A stretch of 64,000 nt of DNA, taken from NCBI GenBank assembly GCA_977030845.1, contig OZ365117.1:5828001-5892000 (forward strand), read 5' to 3'. Origin of the DNA: Fimbriosthenelais zetlandica. Taxonomy: Eukaryota. Positions 59,878 through 64,000 of the stretch are shown here, piece by piece (the stretch's first letter is position 1; each line of letters starts with the position of its first letter). Below the pieces are notes generated by a model that saw only the letters and a list, made by a program, of their open reading frames with translations, had not been told where the DNA came from and did no database searches. The translations under genes and the position numbers were made by a program.

Positions 59878-60064
59878 AGCCTGGTCTCCACTGCTGAGAT
59901 TTTGCTAGCGACACAACTGCGACAAAGGTGATGCTTGTGTCATAATAACATTTATTAGTTATGATCGAAGTGTCCAAGTCCTCCAATGGAAATATTTTCA
60001 TTGCGACACAAGCATCGGCTTTGAGTTGTGTCGCAAGCAAAATCGCAGCAGTGGACTCCAGGCC
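59878..60064. mobile_element. MITE family B copy with TTA TSD
   Basis: TTA|AGCCTGG...CCAGGCC|TTA. Further partial copies at about 23310-23480, 24880-24945, 27930-28040, 58240-58305 and 63280-63383. Confidence 0.8.
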
Positions 60065-62334
60065 TTACCAATCAACAACCAGCTATAGATTTTCATTTTC
60101 CTATGACTTCCCTTTTCTCCTACTCCATATCCCTCCGCCATCCACCACTGCCATGAGATCAGCTTTATCCTAATTGCTGACAAAATTGATTTAGTTAGAG
60201 GGAGTAAACAAAGAAATGGCAGATTGTCGCCGCTTGTTACCCACATAGTTAGTATGATTTGTGCATCCTCCCACCAGTTGATAATTGCCTCCAAATTGGG
60301 AGCCGAGCAGAAATAAACTTGACTATGGCTTTGACCATTGCCGACCCAGAAGACGACTCGGGCCCCCGCATGCCGCCAGAGAAACATGACATTTGCTCCA
60401 ATAGAGGCTCGGTTGCTTGGCAACTTGTTGCCAAATTAAACTGACCTTTTCTATTGAGTACAAGGTCAAAATGTCAACATCTTTAAGATCACTTATGGAA
60501 TCTGGACAGGTGCACTGAGGGATTTAGATAGGTGTGTTTCACTAGCAACTAGCAAATGATTAGGACTCAGATTCACAAGCCACTGGTCCTTCAGGAAGCT
60601 GGTTTTCCCTAACGACTTAACCATTTGTTCATCGAAAACTAACAGAATCTTTTATTTCACATAAATTTATTTACAAATTCTCCATTTTAATGTTTCGATA
60701 TATCGTTAATTTAGATATGTATACTGACATATGTTTCCTTTATTTCAGGTACGTTCATTGCACCATTTCTCCCTACTTCCGTCTGTACGGTAGGAAACCT
60801 TCAATTAGTATAATTGGTCTCAGCCTATATATCAACCCTTTTCCTTGAATTTCCTCGCTACAATTTTCCTACCAAATTGCTAGCAATCTTCTTGGACATT
60901 TTCCTACTCTCTACTAAGTTGTTCTCTGCATTTCGCCTCTCTTTGCCATTGCTAAATTATTGCCTGATTTCCATGATTACATAAGAAGGCAGTCATTAAT
61001 TTGCCCAATTAGTACCCTCTAACAATGAGCACTAATGACTTAGCCTAATTCTCATTCAAATTGACAAGCTTGGCACAAATGATTTCCATTAGTCACCATT
61101 AGTTCAAACTATTTTACCAAAATAGAATATTTATTTTTCAAAAAAAAAAATGTGAATGTCCATTGACCTTTCGATTGCCTCCTTTCCTCATAGATTTTTG
61201 CCAAGAAAATTCATTTCATTTCATCAATTTAACAATCAATTTATTCAAATTCACTTATTCACTTCTTTAAAAATGCATGGGTGTTGTTTCGAAAAAGATC
61301 GATGCAGGGAAATCTGATTCCAAGAAAATTGGAATTAAATTTATAAATGCACAAGGTCATTACAGCTTTGAAAATCAGAGATTTTTTTTTTCCTGAGAAA
61401 TGCTGAAATATTCCCGACACGGTTGACACCTCGAAGCCCTCCACCTCCTTCTCCGTGCTCATGTATTTATAAATATTTAATTTACCAAACTCCCACCTTT
61501 AAACGCACGCCTGTCTCTTTGCATCAACCTCTGTCACCCATGGTTTTAGCCGGCAAATCCCTCGGGCGCCGAGGCACAAAAATTGTCCCATTAATTCCAT
61601 TGGCTCGATTTTTCCTTCCCCCGCCCACTGTCTCCCACTCGGCCTTTGATTGGCCGTGGAAAGCTACGATTACATAATGATAATTGTCTTGCTCAATTTA
61701 CCATGGGAATCAATGTCATTAGAAGCACTGTCTCCATGGCAACCAAGATGTTATTAGGTCTTGATGAATGGTTATGTTTGACACAGACTATAGAGGGGGT
61801 TGTAGTATGACTTCCGGTGTAAAGCATGGTGGGTCCGTCGTGCACACTCTCCCCACATTACTGCATATAAAACCTATTAGCTAGCCCCAGCAATCTAAAA
61901 CAATCACATGTGGATATTTTACAAGTTTCGGCATTGGTTTTTTGCACATGGAGCCATTGTAGTTAATTGTGACTATGCAATGAGCTGCTCATTCAATGCA
62001 ATGTTGTGCTCATTGCAATTAGCTCAATGCAATGAGTTCAATGCAAAGAGCTACTCAATGAACTGCTCAGTAAATACAAGTGATGGTTGTTGCTGATTAG
62101 CTCTATATCTAGCCCAGCAAGTGGGAGGTGCTCGCTCCGACACTCCACTCACTGTCCTACCACCTGAAGGAGCGACCCATTGTAACATATATTACCTTCA
62201 CATTGTACGACACCATATTGGTGTAGATTAAAAATTGATGATTGTGACTTCAATGACAGGCATTGAAATCTGTTTCTAAAAACAATTGATATTTCAAATA
62301 GAAATTTCTCGAGGATCCTTCCCTGTCATATTCT

Positions 62335-62680
62335 TTTGTCTCCCCATCTCTCTCTCACTCTCTCTCTCCCCCTCTCTCTCTCCCCCCTTCTCCCTCCCTT
62401 CTCCCTATCTCCCTTCCTACCCTCCTGTCTCCCTTCTCCCTCTCTCCCTTCTCTCCTCTCTCTCCATCCCTCTCCCTCCATTCTCCTCTCCCCTTCTCCC
62501 TCTCTCCCTTCTCTCCCTCTCTTCTATCCCTACCTTCTCCTCTCCCTACCTTCCCCTCTCCCTCTCCCATTTCCCTTCAAGTCACCATTCCCCTGCTTCA
62601 TCCATCTTGTCCATGACTCAGCAGAATCTGCCTCCTCCCCACCTCCCCCTCCCCCCTCCCCCCACCTCCTCCCTCTCCTC
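62335..62680. repeat. Pyrimidine-rich (CT/CCT) low-complexity tract
   Basis: Direct inspection. Confidence 0.9.
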
Positions 62681-64000
62681 CTCCTGTTTGGTATGGAAGC
62701 ACACCACACCAAGACAGATCACTTTCTGCGGTGTTGACTCATCTTGGCCCCAGTATTGTCCTGATATCCTGAGCCCTATGTCCCCTGCGCCATGTCCCCT
62801 CTGCCCCCTCTGCCCCCTCCACCATGTCCCCTCTGCCCCCTCCACCACCCCGTCTATTGACAGGTTTATATAATCATGACAACCCCCACCTCTCTCTCGC
62901 TACATCCCCGCTATATTCCTATCTCCCAGCCTTAAGGGGACGAATTAAATTACGCCATGTTGACAGGTAGGTGGCGCCACCTTGTCCGCGGCCTCTATTG
63001 ATAAGGGCCCGGATGGAGGGCGGGGCTATTTCAATGCGGGAATATAATACCCGGCATATGTGAACTGTACAAGCCGGCCCTTGGCACTTTAGCATTGGCG
63101 ATGTCCTTATTATAGCAAGTATATATATGGATATCACTCCTTGGCTTTATATATATAGATGCACCAATAGACGCTCACAGAGATTGTCAATGCCATGGCA
63201 ACCACTTAAACCAACAATCTGTGTGCTTGGTATACATAGGGGTGGGTTTTTTTTAGCATTGAGCAACAGCTTATTCCATGGAGGCCTTGGACACCTGGAC
63301 CACAATTTACAAAATTTATTCCTACACAAGCATCACCTTTGTCGCAGAGGTGTCGCAAGCAAAATCGCAGCAGTGGAGGAGACCTAGCATCAACTGCCTT
63401 TGTTAATGACCTTTATATCTCCTCACCCTCCCGACCTCTGCCACTCCAAGCGACCAGATACCCGGTCATCAAAGACCAAAAACATGCCAAAATTCCATCT
63501 CCATGCTTTAAGCGAGGCAATGGCATCCTCTCATAAGCCTCCCAAGCATTGTTCCAGCAGTGCTGTAAAAGGTCCTTTATGGCCAGAGTTACCATAGCAA
63601 TGCTTCATTCCTCGGACCGTCAGAGGTAGTTGATTATGATATTAATTCATTACAGGCTATAATTAGATGAGAGGGATTGATGAGGACGATGTTGTGTCTT
63701 CATGTTGGGCTCACTTTGCGCATGCCCAAACACTGGCCAATAACAGCAGCGTTTACAACCGGCCAATCAGGGCTCGGTTTGTGGAAGTGCTTGGCTGGAT
63801 GAAGGTTTTGGAGGAAGCTCGTAAAGGCTGATATTCTACCACTAAATCCATACAGACTATCTCCTTTGAGGAATGCTACACCTCCCCCCCCCCCTCCCCA
63901 ACTCGTGCCGGGGATGGGAGTGACTTGTAGCCATTGGGTATAGGTGTCACCGCATTTAATATTTAAAATCTCAGTGACAGGTATGCTTCCAGGCACGTAT

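Noticed and set aside
9350-63900. Numerous poly-G/poly-C runs as functional G-quadruplex elements or Pro/Gly-rich ORFs
   Set aside because: They appear to be a general low-complexity trait of this sequence, run lengths are unreliable in assemblies, and they show no positional pattern.

Overview
Eukaryotic (invertebrate) genomic DNA. Evidence: GT-AG introns, tRNA-headed SINEs, MITEs, microsatellites and two N gaps; the SINE wording resembles molluscan families I recall (inference). Bases 1-15 kb are gene-dense with six compact genes: a TMDD1-like signal-peptide/death-fold/TM protein (+), an uncharacterised ~552-aa basic protein (-), a PLAC8/cornifelin protein (+), a GT31 beta-1,3-galactosyltransferase whose DxD motif reads AID (+), a RING-Bbox-Bbox-coiled-coil TRIM without a C-terminal domain (+), and five-exon MRPL10 (-). 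MRPL10 is head-to-head with a hyccin/FAM126 gene (+). Its first four coding exons lie between 16.7 and 31.4 kb, and I could not find its remaining exons in the window. From 17 to 64 kb the sequence is repeat-rich intron or intergenic DNA. Most striking observations: (i) ten near-perfect, individually flanked RFX X-box palindromes confined to 18-62 kb; (ii) an internal CCAAT-GC-CCAAT-TATA promoter followed by an ATG-free leader, an 88-aa ORF and a splice donor; (iii) a duplicated hyccin acceptor that creates a candidate poison exon; (iv) a minisatellite amplified from a SINE segment. No prokaryotic features, CRISPR array, rRNA or intact tRNA gene were found. All calls are by-eye, with no database searches.
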